Below are positions 52,905 through 62,777 of a DNA stretch of 64,000 bases, piece by piece. Position 1 is the first letter of the stretch. Every line of letters starts with the position of its first letter. The stretch spans positions 6,658-70,657 of the forward strand of contig JAAZJH010000009.1 in the NCBI GenBank assembly GCA_012800435.1, written 5' to 3'. The notes below the pieces were generated by a model, which saw nothing but the letters and a program-made list of their open reading frames with translations, made no database searches and had not been told where the DNA came from. A program made the translations under genes and the position numbers. This stretch comes from Clostridiaceae bacterium. GTDB lineage: Bacteria; Bacillota; Clostridia; Saccharofermentanales; DTU023.

Positions 52905-52933
52905 ATTCTAACATTTTTCAGGTTGCCTGTCAA
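52905..52933 (-). promoter_or_regulatory. SigA-type promoter for rpoB-rpoC
   Basis: The reverse strand reads TTGACA-17 nt-TAGAAT with TGT immediately upstream of the -10 (extended -10). It predicts a leader of about 160 nt. Confidence 0.7.
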
Positions 52934-52949
52934 CGGCCGTTTTTTATGA

Positions 52950-52991
52950 CACAATAAAGCTCAACAACCGGACACCCTGTTGTTGAGCTTT
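52950..52991 (-). terminator. Rho-independent terminator after the parvulin gene
   Basis: 13-bp stem AAAGCTCAACAAC/GTTGTTGAGCTTT with a 10-nt loop, followed on the reverse strand by ATTGTGT. Confidence 0.7.
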
Positions 52992-53011
52992 TATCGTTAA
53001 TAATCGCTATC

Positions 53012-54640
53012 TCAGTTTATTCCGAACGATGTCGCTTCCGTGGCAGGTTTTTCTTTACTAAACAGAGCCTTAAAGAAATGGATGCGGCCGACAAATTTCA
53101 TTCCGAACGGGTGTCGTTCACTCTTCACTTCGTTCATGATGGCAGTGGACCACGCGTTTACATGTTCATCGCGAAGCGTTTCGCGGATCGTATTTGTCAA
53201 TTCCACTTCATCGGCGTGACCTTGGAAATACATCACATGATACCCGAATTGTGTTTTCACAAGCCCTGTATCTCCCGGTTTTCGCGCGGCATCTTCGCAC
53301 CAGTCACGAAACGGTTTCACAAATTGGGCACTCTGTTCAGAAGAGATGTTCGCGTAAAGGCCGCCATTTGAGGCGCTGCCCTGATCCTTGCTTTTCTCCT
53401 GAGCGAGTTGTGAGAAGGCGTCTTCTGTCTGCTCTCCGTCCATAAACGCTTCCCAGACGTCCATCGCTTCAATCTTCAGCAAATCGTAATCTGCCTGAGT
53501 CAATTCCTGGCTGCGGTCATATCCCTCTTTTGAAATTAAAATATGACGCACAGAATACGGACGGAAGTTGTCTTTCTCCCGCGACGCAAATTCAACGAGC
53601 GTGACATACTTGGTGCCGCGAATTACTTTGTAATCTCCCGCTTTGCGTTCATTGTCGTTCACAAAATCAAAGAGTGTTGTGAGCATCGTGGCTTTCTTGC
53701 TGCGTTGAAGAAGCGTATCTTCACCCTCAAGAAGCTTCTTGGCGTCTTCTTCTGAAAGCTGATCGCCCACAGCTTCTAGGAAAGGTTTCAATGTCAACGA
53801 TTTTCCGGCAGCATCGGCTTTCGCTTCAAGTTCGTCGAGCGCCTTTGTGAGGGCATCCCCTTCAAGCGCGCTGTCTTCCGGCTTAAAATCGTACGAATAA
53901 TAGGAGAAAATATCGTAGTCATCGCGATGCTCATCGTAGTAAGCCTCGATACTCTCGTCAGAGATGTCCGCTGCTTCACGGATCGAGTTCATATAATAGG
54001 AGATTTTCATATTCTCCTCCATATTGCTTTGAACCGATTTCAAGCGTGTGCCTGGTCCGTAATACATTTCCAGAATTGATGTCACGGAACGACCGGACTG
54101 CTCCGACAGCTGAAGCATTTGCTTTTCATAGGCATCGAGCGCTTCCTTGATTTCTTTGCTTTGTTCATCGTTCGGTTTAAAACCAGCTTTTACCATATCG
54201 GCGGAGGTTGCGGCAAAGTACTCGAGCTGTGAAATAGCCGATTCAATCAGAAGATCGCGCAAAGTCTGATCCGGGGCATAAGGAGATGGTGACATGAGGG
54301 TCTCCTGAAATTCCTCTGTAAACACAAGACCGAGCTGCGCGTTGACCGCCATATTGCCAATATTGAGATTGAGATCACTCGCGGAGAACTGGCGACCGTT
54401 CACTGTCAGCGCATTAACTTTGCGAACGACGATCCCGGAACGGATGACAAGCCAGCCAACAAGTATAATCGCCAAAAGGCAGGCTGCCGCAATGAGCAGA
54501 ACCTTCTTCCAAATGCGATGCGAGCCGATCTTCTTTTTCTTGCCTTGGCTCCCTTTCATGCGCGCAATACGCGCTTTGCGTTCTGCCCGCTCCACCTGAG
54601 CCTTCCACTCCGTCGACGTATTCGATTCTTTCTTTGCCAT
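53012..54640 (-). CDS. Membrane-anchored PpiC/parvulin-type peptidyl-prolyl isomerase (PrsA/SurA-like foldase)
   Basis: Lys-rich N-terminus, a single TM segment (LLIAAACLLAIILVGWLV) and a parvulin core (YSVRHILIS ... GLVKTQFGYHVMYF). Start set to ATG 54640, with AAGGAG 9 nt upstream. Confidence 0.75.
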   Translation of the reverse strand: MAKKESNTSTEWKAQVERAERKARIARMKGSQGKKKKIGSHRIWKKVLLIAAACLLAIILVGWLVIRSGIVVRKVNALTVNGRQFSASDLNLNIGNMAVNAQLGLVFTEEFQETLMSPSPYAPDQTLRDLLIESAISQLEYFAATSADMVKAGFKPNDEQSKEIKEALDAYEKQMLQLSEQSGRSVTSILEMYYGPGTRLKSVQSNMEENMKISYYMNSIREAADISDESIEAYYDEHRDDYDIFSYYSYDFKPEDSALEGDALTKALDELEAKADAAGKSLTLKPFLEAVGDQLSEEDAKKLLEGEDTLLQRSKKATMLTTLFDFVNDNERKAGDYKVIRGTKYVTLVEFASREKDNFRPYSVRHILISKEGYDRSQELTQADYDLLKIEAMDVWEAFMDGEQTEDAFSQLAQEKSKDQGSASNGGLYANISSEQSAQFVKPFRDWCEDAARKPGDTGLVKTQFGYHVMYFQGHADEVELTNTIRETLRDEHVNAWSTAIMNEVKSERHPFGMKFVGRIHFFKALFSKEKPATEATSFGIN

Positions 54641-54886
54641 GTCCGACATCTCCTTCGAAACTGCTTTTGTCTTAAAAAGCAACATTCAAGCACGAAAACA
54701 AGTTTATCACACTGAAGAACAACAGGAAAAGGTTAGACCTAAAGTTGTAGTAACACGCATGAGGATAACTCAATAATCGAAATTGCCCTCCGCTCGGCAA
54801 GTTGAAGCGACGCGTGTGAGGATAACGCTGTTCAACACGTAAAACTAAAATCCGATGACGATAAGCCTGATGAAGTACGAGCGATA

Positions 54887-55558
54887 CTAACAATATTCGA
54901 CGTGTTCAAGAAGATCATCCATCCGGTCAATCCAAAAGGTCGGATCAAGATCGCGAAGTTCCTCTTTATCCATCGCCGTCCAGCCCACTATACATGACAA
55001 CGTGCCGGCATTGTTCGCACAGTGCAAATCATGCACACTGTCACCGACATAAAGGACGCGAGAAGGTTCAGATAATCCGGCGTGACGCATCGCAAGATAC
55101 AGCGGCTCCGGATACGGTTTTGGACGTTTTGGATCGTTCGCGCTGACACACACCGAAAAATAACGTTCTAAATCGTACTGTTCCATCAGCACGTCCATGC
55201 CGGCGCGACGGCGCGAAGTTACGATCCCGAGAATAAAGCCTCTCGACTTCAATTCGGTCAATGTTTCAACAACACCGGGGAAAATTTCAACCATATCCGT
55301 CATGCGAGGAATGCTCCATTCCAAATATTCTTCAAGCATCTCACCTGCCCGGTTCTTGCCGTATTCTTCAAATGTTTTTTCAAGAGGCACGCCGATGGTA
55401 CTGAGAATGGTCTGTTCATCGGGAATCCAGCCAAGACATTTTTCAAAAGTATGCCTGTGTGAGGCGACGATCAACGGAATGGTGTCAACCAGCGTACCAT
55501 CCAAATCAAAGAAAATAGCTTTCAGCGGATAACGCTGTTGTTTCATAAAATCAGTCAT
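54887..55558 (-). CDS. HAD-superfamily hydrolase (phosphoglycolate phosphatase/PpaX-like)
   Basis: Motif I FFDLDGTLVDT, motif II VTSR and motif IV YVGDSVHD. Start uncertain (ATG 55558 or 55546; the track gives 55603). Confidence 0.8.
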   Translation of the reverse strand: MTDFMKQQRYPLKAIFFDLDGTLVDTIPLIVASHRHTFEKCLGWIPDEQTILSTIGVPLEKTFEEYGKNRAGEMLEEYLEWSIPRMTDMVEIFPGVVETLTELKSRGFILGIVTSRRRAGMDVLMEQYDLERYFSVCVSANDPKRPKPYPEPLYLAMRHAGLSEPSRVLYVGDSVHDLHCANNAGTLSCIVGWTAMDKEELRDLDPTFWIDRMDDLLEHVEYC

Positions 55559-56927
55559 CAAGAGTGCTCGCATTATCAGCTTCATCAGAAGCGCGTATGA
55601 CACGAATCCATGCGATGCGGTTATCTTCGACAGACGTAACGTAAAATGTCAAAGGACCGAAAGTAATACATGGATGTTCATTTTCTTCCGGGATGCGATC
55701 GAGTCGCTCAATAACAAACCCGGCTGTCGAATCAAACTCATCCTCGCCGAAAAACACACCCGTCTCTCGCGCTAAACGATCGATTGGATACGATCCGGCA
55801 ACGAGCCATGTATTCGGCGCAACACGGATCAATTCCTGTTCGTCATCGTCGTATTCGTCTTCAATGTTGCCTACTATCTGTTCAACCAAGTCTTCGATAG
55901 TAATCATGCCCGCCGTACCGCCGTATTCATCGATGACGATGGCCATCTGCACGTGCTCTTGTTGCATTTCACGCAAAAGTTGGCGCGTGTTACGCGACTC
56001 CGGTGTAAACCACGGTTCGCGCATCATTTTCTCCAAGGAGAACGGATCGTCCTGTTCCACGAAGAGAAGATCTTTGACGTGCAAAATCCCGACGACATTG
56101 TCCACCGTGCCGTTATAAATCGGAAATCGCGTATGTCGAGTCTCGCGGATGAAATTGAGCGTCGTTGCGTAATCGGTGTCGATGGGTAGAGCATCGATCT
56201 CAATGCGGTGTGTCATAATGTCGGAAGCCACTTTATCATCAAACTGAAACAAATTTTCAATGTATTCGATGTTATCGGCCTCAAAGTCGCTTTCACCGCT
56301 ATCATTGCCCAACATGCTTAATATTTCATCTTCAGTCAGAATCTGACTCCGATCCTTGACATCCTTCAAATGGAGCATTTTCATGATGCCGCTTGCGATC
56401 AAGTGGACGAGGCGATCGATCGGACGGACGAAAAAAATAAGAATCGAGACTACGGGCCAGACATTACAGGCAAACAATTCACGGCGCCGTCCACCCGCGC
56501 GCGAGGGAATTACAAAACCGATGATAAGCACGACAAAAATCGAGATAATATACCATCCGAATGATATCCAGCCGCGTATCGGCACAGCCGGCGACCCGAT
56601 AAGCGCAAGAAACGACGGGAGCGCCGCACTTATGCTTGCGATTAAAAACGCAGTGCTGCTAAGAAAGACAGTTGTACGTATTTCGCGCGCAAAAACATCG
56701 CGCGCATCCATTTTTTTGGCAAGGGACGCAGACACACGCGGTCGATCCGAAGGATCATCGCATGCTAGTGGCAAAAAATCCACCGATTTTTTGAAAACGT
56801 TGAGGAGAGCAGTCATTACGATAAACAGCAATGGCCAGACAAGATTCATCCAAAGCGCTCCGGCAGAAAGAATGACATATCGAAATAGCGGTAATCCGGC
56901 TGATATGATGTCAGCGAATATGGGCAT
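55551..56927 (-). CDS. CNNM/DUF21-CBS-CorC_HlyC family protein (hemolysin-like, putative Mg/Co efflux)
   Basis: N-terminal 4-TM DUF21 region, a CBS pair (IMTHRIEI ..., VVGILHVKDL) and a C-terminal CorC_HlyC-like domain. Confidence 0.8.
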   Translation of the reverse strand: MPIFADIISAGLPLFRYVILSAGALWMNLVWPLLFIVMTALLNVFKKSVDFLPLACDDPSDRPRVSASLAKKMDARDVFAREIRTTVFLSSTAFLIASISAALPSFLALIGSPAVPIRGWISFGWYIISIFVVLIIGFVIPSRAGGRRRELFACNVWPVVSILIFFVRPIDRLVHLIASGIMKMLHLKDVKDRSQILTEDEILSMLGNDSGESDFEADNIEYIENLFQFDDKVASDIMTHRIEIDALPIDTDYATTLNFIRETRHTRFPIYNGTVDNVVGILHVKDLLFVEQDDPFSLEKMMREPWFTPESRNTRQLLREMQQEHVQMAIVIDEYGGTAGMITIEDLVEQIVGNIEDEYDDDEQELIRVAPNTWLVAGSYPIDRLARETGVFFGEDEFDSTAGFVIERLDRIPEENEHPCITFGPLTFYVTSVEDNRIAWIRVIRASDEADNASTLDD

Positions 56928-57051
56928 GCAATGCTCCCGTGTCTCCTCCGGAGATTCTTAATAAAATACGTGATTCCAAGATAACAGATATTAAAAGAAA
57001 GATGCGCCTTCCTTTTGGGAAAAATGGCGCATCTTTTCAACTAAATATGGT

Positions 57052-59133
57052 TTATTGATCTTCGCGACGAGCTTCTGCTTCTGCAATCACGCGATCGGCA
57101 AACTGCTGAGGCATCTGTTCGTAGCGCACGAATTCCATGGTAAACCAGCCTCGTCCCTGCGTCATTGACTTCAGATCAGTCGCATATTTTGCGATTTCTC
57201 CGCGCGGGGCTTCTGCTTCCACCACTTGGAAACCGGGAATTTCGCTTTCGGCATGAATACCCATGATGCGCCCGCGGCGTTTATTGAGATCGCCCATGAT
57301 GTCGCCTAAGAACGTATCCGGAATATGCACCATCAGTTTATCGATGGGCTCCAACAGAACAGGATTAGCTTTCGGCAAACCTTCACGGTAAGCCAGACGC
57401 GCAGCGAGCTTGAATGAAAGCTCGTTTGAGTCAACGTCATGATACGATCCGTCGTAAAGCGTCGCCTTGAGGAAAACGACAGGGTAACCCGCGAGAGGAC
57501 CTTCGTCTATGGCTTCGCGGAGACCTTTTTCAACCGCGGGGAAGTAGTTCTTTGGCACAGCGCCGCCGAACACTTCTTCGTCAAATTCAAGATCTTCGCT
57601 CTCACCGGGCTCAAAGCGAATCCAAACATCGCCGTACTGTCCATGACCGCCGGTCTGTTTTTTGTGTCGACCCTGTACGCTCACCGTCTTACGAATCGTT
57701 TCACGGTAGGCAATACGAGGTTCTGACAGTTGCGCCTCAACACCGAATTTTGACTTCAGGCGCGCGCAGATGACAGTAAGCTGTACTTCTCCAAGTCCTG
57801 AAAGAAGGAACTGGCGCGTTTCCGCATCGTTGACAATGTCAAACACGACATCTTCATCTTTCAGGCGGATAAGACCTTGCATGATCTTTTCTTCATCGCC
57901 CTTGTTGACCGGAGAAATCGCCAATGTCATACAAGGAGTCGGCATATCCGGGGGAATAATCTTTACCGCTTGATCCTTGTCTGCAATGGTGTGAAGCGTC
58001 ATTGTCTCTGACAGCTTAGCGATGGAACCGATGTCGCCGGCGACAATTCTTTCTGTCGGCTCCTGTTTCTTGCCGTTCTGGAAATTGAGGCCGATCAAAC
58101 GCTCTTCAACATCTTGACTCGCGTTGTATAGAGTGCCGTCACTCGTAATTTCGCCGGAAAATACGCGGAAAAGCGATATGCGGCCGACAAAGGGATCAAC
58201 AAAGGTCTTGAAAACAAACGCCGCCAACGGCTCATCCTGAGATGCATTGATTGTTACCTCTTCACCGGCTCTGTTGATTGCTTTGATTCGATGTGACGTC
58301 GGAAGAGGGAAATAACGGGCGATAGCGTCGAGTGCGAATGAGATGCCTAGATTCTCTGAAGCAGATCCCGCAAACACGGGTTTAATAGAACCTGAGGTAA
58401 TGGCAAGCCGCATGCCGTGTGAAAGCTCGTCCGGCGTAAAAGGCTCCCCTTCAAAATATTTTTCCATCAGATGTTCGTCGTTCTCTGCGATCTGCTCATT
58501 GATGCTTTCAACGTAGGATTCAACGACGTCTTCTAAATCTGCCGGAATCTCCGTCTCTTTCATCTCACCTTTTTTACCTGAAAAAGTAAACGCTTTTTGG
58601 TTGAGAACATCAACGAGGCCGATCAATCGGTCGCCGTCTTTGATGGGAACTGAAAGCGGCAACACTCGATCTCCGTAAGCTTCCCGAAGCGCTTCGAGCG
58701 TCTTCGCAAAATCAGAGTTCGCCTCATCCATGCGATTTATAAAGAATGAAATCGGCATATTCTGTGTCTCGGCGTTGCGAACAGCCTTCTCCGCTCCGAC
58801 TGATAGGCCGTCCTTGCCGGACATGATGATCATTGCGGTGTCGCCTGCAAACATGCCGAGAATCTGTTCGCCCAAAAAGTCGAAGTCGCCGGGCGTATCA
58901 ATGAAGTTAAGTTTGCAGTCTTTCCAACGGCACCACGCAACAGACGTGCTGATGGAGTTGCCGCGACGCATTTCTTCGGCGTCAAAGTCGGTCACAGTGT
59001 TGCCATCATTTGATCGACCCATGCGATCAATGATGCCACCGCAATAAAGTGCGGCTTCGACAAACGCCGTCTTGCCGACGCCGCCGTGACCCATCACGGT
59101 GATGTTTCTGATTTTATCTGTCGTAAGTTTCAT
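57052..59133 (-). CDS. Elongation factor G paralog (EF-G2-like translational GTPase)
   Basis: Five-domain EF-G architecture. G1 is GHGGVGKT and G3 is DTPGDFDF (not DTPGH). G4 is NRMD (not NKMD). Start set to ATG 59133 (MKLTTDKIRNITV), preceded by AAGGGGGA. Confidence 0.85.
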   Translation of the reverse strand: MKLTTDKIRNITVMGHGGVGKTAFVEAALYCGGIIDRMGRSNDGNTVTDFDAEEMRRGNSISTSVAWCRWKDCKLNFIDTPGDFDFLGEQILGMFAGDTAMIIMSGKDGLSVGAEKAVRNAETQNMPISFFINRMDEANSDFAKTLEALREAYGDRVLPLSVPIKDGDRLIGLVDVLNQKAFTFSGKKGEMKETEIPADLEDVVESYVESINEQIAENDEHLMEKYFEGEPFTPDELSHGMRLAITSGSIKPVFAGSASENLGISFALDAIARYFPLPTSHRIKAINRAGEEVTINASQDEPLAAFVFKTFVDPFVGRISLFRVFSGEITSDGTLYNASQDVEERLIGLNFQNGKKQEPTERIVAGDIGSIAKLSETMTLHTIADKDQAVKIIPPDMPTPCMTLAISPVNKGDEEKIMQGLIRLKDEDVVFDIVNDAETRQFLLSGLGEVQLTVICARLKSKFGVEAQLSEPRIAYRETIRKTVSVQGRHKKQTGGHGQYGDVWIRFEPGESEDLEFDEEVFGGAVPKNYFPAVEKGLREAIDEGPLAGYPVVFLKATLYDGSYHDVDSNELSFKLAARLAYREGLPKANPVLLEPIDKLMVHIPDTFLGDIMGDLNKRRGRIMGIHAESEIPGFQVVEAEAPRGEIAKYATDLKSMTQGRGWFTMEFVRYEQMPQQFADRVIAEAEARREDQ

Positions 59134-59293
59134 ATTTCCCCCTTCAAGAAAGACAATTTTGTCCATTATAGCGCATCGGCGCAGCGAAAATCACGAATCC
59201 CCTGAAATGATCGAGAATGACGGCATCTTAGCAATGCGCCGTTGTTTCGCAATTCGCGTCACGACGGCTCCAACGTATCGATTAGGTATGCTA

Positions 59294-62200
59294 TCAGTCG
59301 GACGCGCCAGGCCACTTGAGGATCACCACATCCTCAGGAGTGCCGATCACTTGTACATAGCCGAACTCCAGCGCCTCTTCCTTGATATCATCGGCGGAAA
59401 AACTATACCAGCGCTGATCAAAAACGAGGTATTCGAGATGCCCATCCTGAAGTGACTGTCTATGATATCCGAGATCATAAATCTCTGCACGGTTGCCCAG
59501 ATAGCATGTGAAAAATGTTGTAGCGCCGACACTTGCCTCTTTTGGAATCATGGCCAGACAACGCCTGACCTCGGTCAGCTTCTGACGGTTGAGCTTCTCA
59601 TAAAGGATCGTAGCCTTGCGCTCGGATAACAGAAATAAACTTTGCGAGGTGGCACAAAGCAAGGCAAACGCCACCACAAAAGCGAGCACACGCCTTAATC
59701 GGACAGAGCGCGGACTTACCGATTGAACTGCCGGAATAACCGAGCGCTTTGAAGTCATTGCTTTTTTATCGTTACGTTGCTTCGCTTTAACAGTATCGTT
59801 GCCGGACGTCGGCTTATCTGTCACTTCTTGAGGACGTACAAAACCGCCCGCGGCAAGAACACGATTTTCATCCTGTCTGTAGGACGCGCGGGAAGTAGCG
59901 CTGCTCTTTTCAATGCGCGCCAACCGGATAGGTTGTTTAATTTGTGTGTCCATTATCGGTTGCGTGTCTGCACGATCATCTGTCTTCGGAGTTGCACGTA
60001 AAAACGGACGTTCAATTTCATCAAGACTGTCACTCGATAAAGGCGCCTTATGTGACTGAGCAGGCACAGGCGAGACGAACGCAGGCGCGCGAAGACCCGG
60101 TCGTCTCATAACGCCCTGTTGTGACGGTTTAGAGATTTGCTGCTCAGGCAGTCGTTTGCCATTGTCGTTCTTATTGCGAGGTTGCTCTGACCGTGCACCA
60201 GACGTCTTTACATTCTCAACTTCATAGGCATTGTCTGCCTCCTCAACAGACACTTGTTCATTTGCCTCTTGTCGTATTAAGGTTGCTCTTGACATTTTTC
60301 TTAATGATTGAATAGTGAGAGGTTTACTTTCGCGTTCACCCTGTGAGCTTTTATCCTCTACAACGGATGCTTGTTCAATCTCATCTTGTCGCAACAACAC
60401 CGCTCTTGACATTTTGCCCAACGATGGATGTGTTACAGGCACCCAATCGCTGTCAACCGGAGAGCTTTTGACCTCTGCTTCAGACATTCGATCAATCGCA
60501 CCCTGTCTCGTTAACGGCGACGTTGATGTTTTTTCCGGAACGGAGCGTGCGATCGACACACGCTCGCTATAGCCTGCAACGGCCATCACTGCCATAAAAA
60601 TGAGGAGCGCTCCGCTTCCGTAGTTATATTGGAATCGCAAATCATACTGATAAGTGTAATTTGAGGACAAATTCATAACGATGAGCGGAATGATCAGGAA
60701 ATAATGCGCGCCTTTTCGCTGAAAGAGAGGCAGAAATCCGAGACTTCCCAATACAACCAAAAGATAGGCGATTTTTTCCATCGTCCAAAACGTTGACAAA
60801 TAATACGCGGGATTTTGCAGTATCGCAGGGATAATACCAAGGACACCAAGCTCTTTATAAACAAACAGATTGTTGAAACGATACGTCATAATGCCGAAGC
60901 CGGCGTTGCGGAGATAGGCAGAAACCCATATAAAATAGACCAAGGAGCCGACGAGCAAAATGGCGGCATGTATATAATCCTTACGCCGTTTGTACTGATT
61001 GTCGGCGGACATCCCGCCAAAAAGCACAAACAGCGCGATAGCGACAACGTACAGCGCCGCGTCTTCCTTCACCATAAGCGTCAACGCGGTAAAGAGCATC
61101 ACAAGAACGGTACGACGCGTGTAACAGGCATATATGAGCCATAACGTCAGAGGAGCGAGAAAACAATTTTCGTGAAGATCGTATAGATTGCTCCCGAGCA
61201 TACCCGGCTGAAGAACGTACAGAACAGCCGCGGCAAGACGCCATGCTTTGCTCCCTCGAAAATAGCGTTTAGCAAGAAGATCGAGCGGGATGACACCCGA
61301 AAGAACGACAAGAATCTGCAACACTTGGAGGGTTTCAGCAGACGGAGCGATCGCGTAAAAAGGCAGCAGTACATAAAAAATGGGCGACATATGGATGTTG
61401 AAATGGGAAAGCGGCATGTCGCGTTCTAATGTCGTAATCGGCGCGCCCGTCGTTTTCATGTTGTGGAACATTTGTGTAAAGATGCCCATATCGTATGTCG
61501 GGGAGAGAAAACTGCTGACACGCGCCACCATGATGATCATCAAAAGCGCAGCGGGGATGAGCGCTAATAGAAAGAGGATCACACACAGTCTCGGAGAACG
61601 TTCAAGAGAGAGCTTACGTCCTATACCTTTCTTAAATGGAATGTAAAGAAACGCTCCGATAATGGCTGCGCCTAAAGCAGCAATCCAGAGCCGTCCGGCA
61701 GGTGTTCCGATAATCCAGAGCCATAAGGCGGATGTTCCGAAAAACATGCGCTCTGTAAGCGCGTCGCCGGAAGATCTGAAAAAAAACTGCTGGGTAACAA
61801 AGCCTAGTGGAATAACTGCTGATAAAACACACAGCACGATGAAAAGTCTACGATTAGTTCGAGTGAACACAATGCTGTTCGAAATCTTCTCCGGCGTGTC
61901 GGAGGTGCTTATTTTAGAATTATCGGACGAAATATTAACTTTGCCGGCTCTTTCCGGATCTGACGACACCGTCTGCACAGCAACGTCTCGTTTATCGCCG
62001 TTTCTGCCATTCGTGAGAGAAGAGTTTTTTGTCTTTTTGAAGGCATCGTGAGCGGACAAGTTATTCTCTTTGACCACAGAAGGGCTTTGACGAATTGCTT
62101 TGTTATTAGAACGGAGAAAAAAGGGAACAACGTCGGATGTTGCCGCTCTTATTTCGTCGCTTTTCTCTTTGTTCCACGACATGCGAAGACCGTGTACTTC

Positions 62201-62578
62201 TGCGTAGCCATGAAAGAGTACGGGAACGGCAATTAGCAGAGCACCAACTATAAACGCAGGTTCTCCGCTTCGGTGCGCGCTGATCGCAAGGTACAACTGA
62301 ATCGAAACGAGAAGAATCAGGCGAACGGAGGCTTCCGGAAAAACGTACGCAAAAAGAAAGACGAAGATTAATGAAACGAGAAATAGAATACCTTGAAAAA
62401 GGGCGCTATACGGGGTCGTTTCAATTGTCGAGAAAAAACGACCGGCAGGATTCATGCGAAAACTGAAGAGGAAACAAGTCAGAAAATAAGCGGCAACAAC
62501 AAGCGTACTAATCCGCGCGATGCGCGCGCCTTTATTCTTCTTCATATCGCGTTTGAGGTTCTCTTCTTGTGACGGCAC
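59294..62578 (-). CDS. Large polytopic membrane protein with DUF2079-like core and long low-complexity inserts
   Basis: 1094 aa. The signature YDMGIFTQMFHNM...PLSHFNIHMSPIFYVLLPFY resembles DUF2079. There is an extra N-terminal TM bundle. Ser/Lys/Glu/Gln-rich regions lie around aa 135-235 and 700-950. Confidence 0.6.
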   Translation of the reverse strand: MPSQEENLKRDMKKNKGARIARISTLVVAAYFLTCFLFSFRMNPAGRFFSTIETTPYSALFQGILFLVSLIFVFLFAYVFPEASVRLILLVSIQLYLAISAHRSGEPAFIVGALLIAVPVLFHGYAEVHGLRMSWNKEKSDEIRAATSDVVPFFLRSNNKAIRQSPSVVKENNLSAHDAFKKTKNSSLTNGRNGDKRDVAVQTVSSDPERAGKVNISSDNSKISTSDTPEKISNSIVFTRTNRRLFIVLCVLSAVIPLGFVTQQFFFRSSGDALTERMFFGTSALWLWIIGTPAGRLWIAALGAAIIGAFLYIPFKKGIGRKLSLERSPRLCVILFLLALIPAALLMIIMVARVSSFLSPTYDMGIFTQMFHNMKTTGAPITTLERDMPLSHFNIHMSPIFYVLLPFYAIAPSAETLQVLQILVVLSGVIPLDLLAKRYFRGSKAWRLAAAVLYVLQPGMLGSNLYDLHENCFLAPLTLWLIYACYTRRTVLVMLFTALTLMVKEDAALYVVAIALFVLFGGMSADNQYKRRKDYIHAAILLVGSLVYFIWVSAYLRNAGFGIMTYRFNNLFVYKELGVLGIIPAILQNPAYYLSTFWTMEKIAYLLVVLGSLGFLPLFQRKGAHYFLIIPLIVMNLSSNYTYQYDLRFQYNYGSGALLIFMAVMAVAGYSERVSIARSVPEKTSTSPLTRQGAIDRMSEAEVKSSPVDSDWVPVTHPSLGKMSRAVLLRQDEIEQASVVEDKSSQGERESKPLTIQSLRKMSRATLIRQEANEQVSVEEADNAYEVENVKTSGARSEQPRNKNDNGKRLPEQQISKPSQQGVMRRPGLRAPAFVSPVPAQSHKAPLSSDSLDEIERPFLRATPKTDDRADTQPIMDTQIKQPIRLARIEKSSATSRASYRQDENRVLAAGGFVRPQEVTDKPTSGNDTVKAKQRNDKKAMTSKRSVIPAVQSVSPRSVRLRRVLAFVVAFALLCATSQSLFLLSERKATILYEKLNRQKLTEVRRCLAMIPKEASVGATTFFTCYLGNRAEIYDLGYHRQSLQDGHLEYLVFDQRWYSFSADDIKEEALEFGYVQVIGTPEDVVILKWPGASD

Positions 62579-62777
62579 TTCTTACCCTTTGCAATGGCGC
62601 CTTTCATGCTTAATAGATTCTTATTTTTCACATGGCGACCTTAATACTACAAGATCCAGTTTACATCAATCAAAATTACCGTCAAGCAAAAAAATCTCTC
62701 AATTGCATCGTGACGACAAGCGTATTTTGTACGTTTACCGGGAGCATCCTGAATAATCTTAACATGGAGAATCTACA

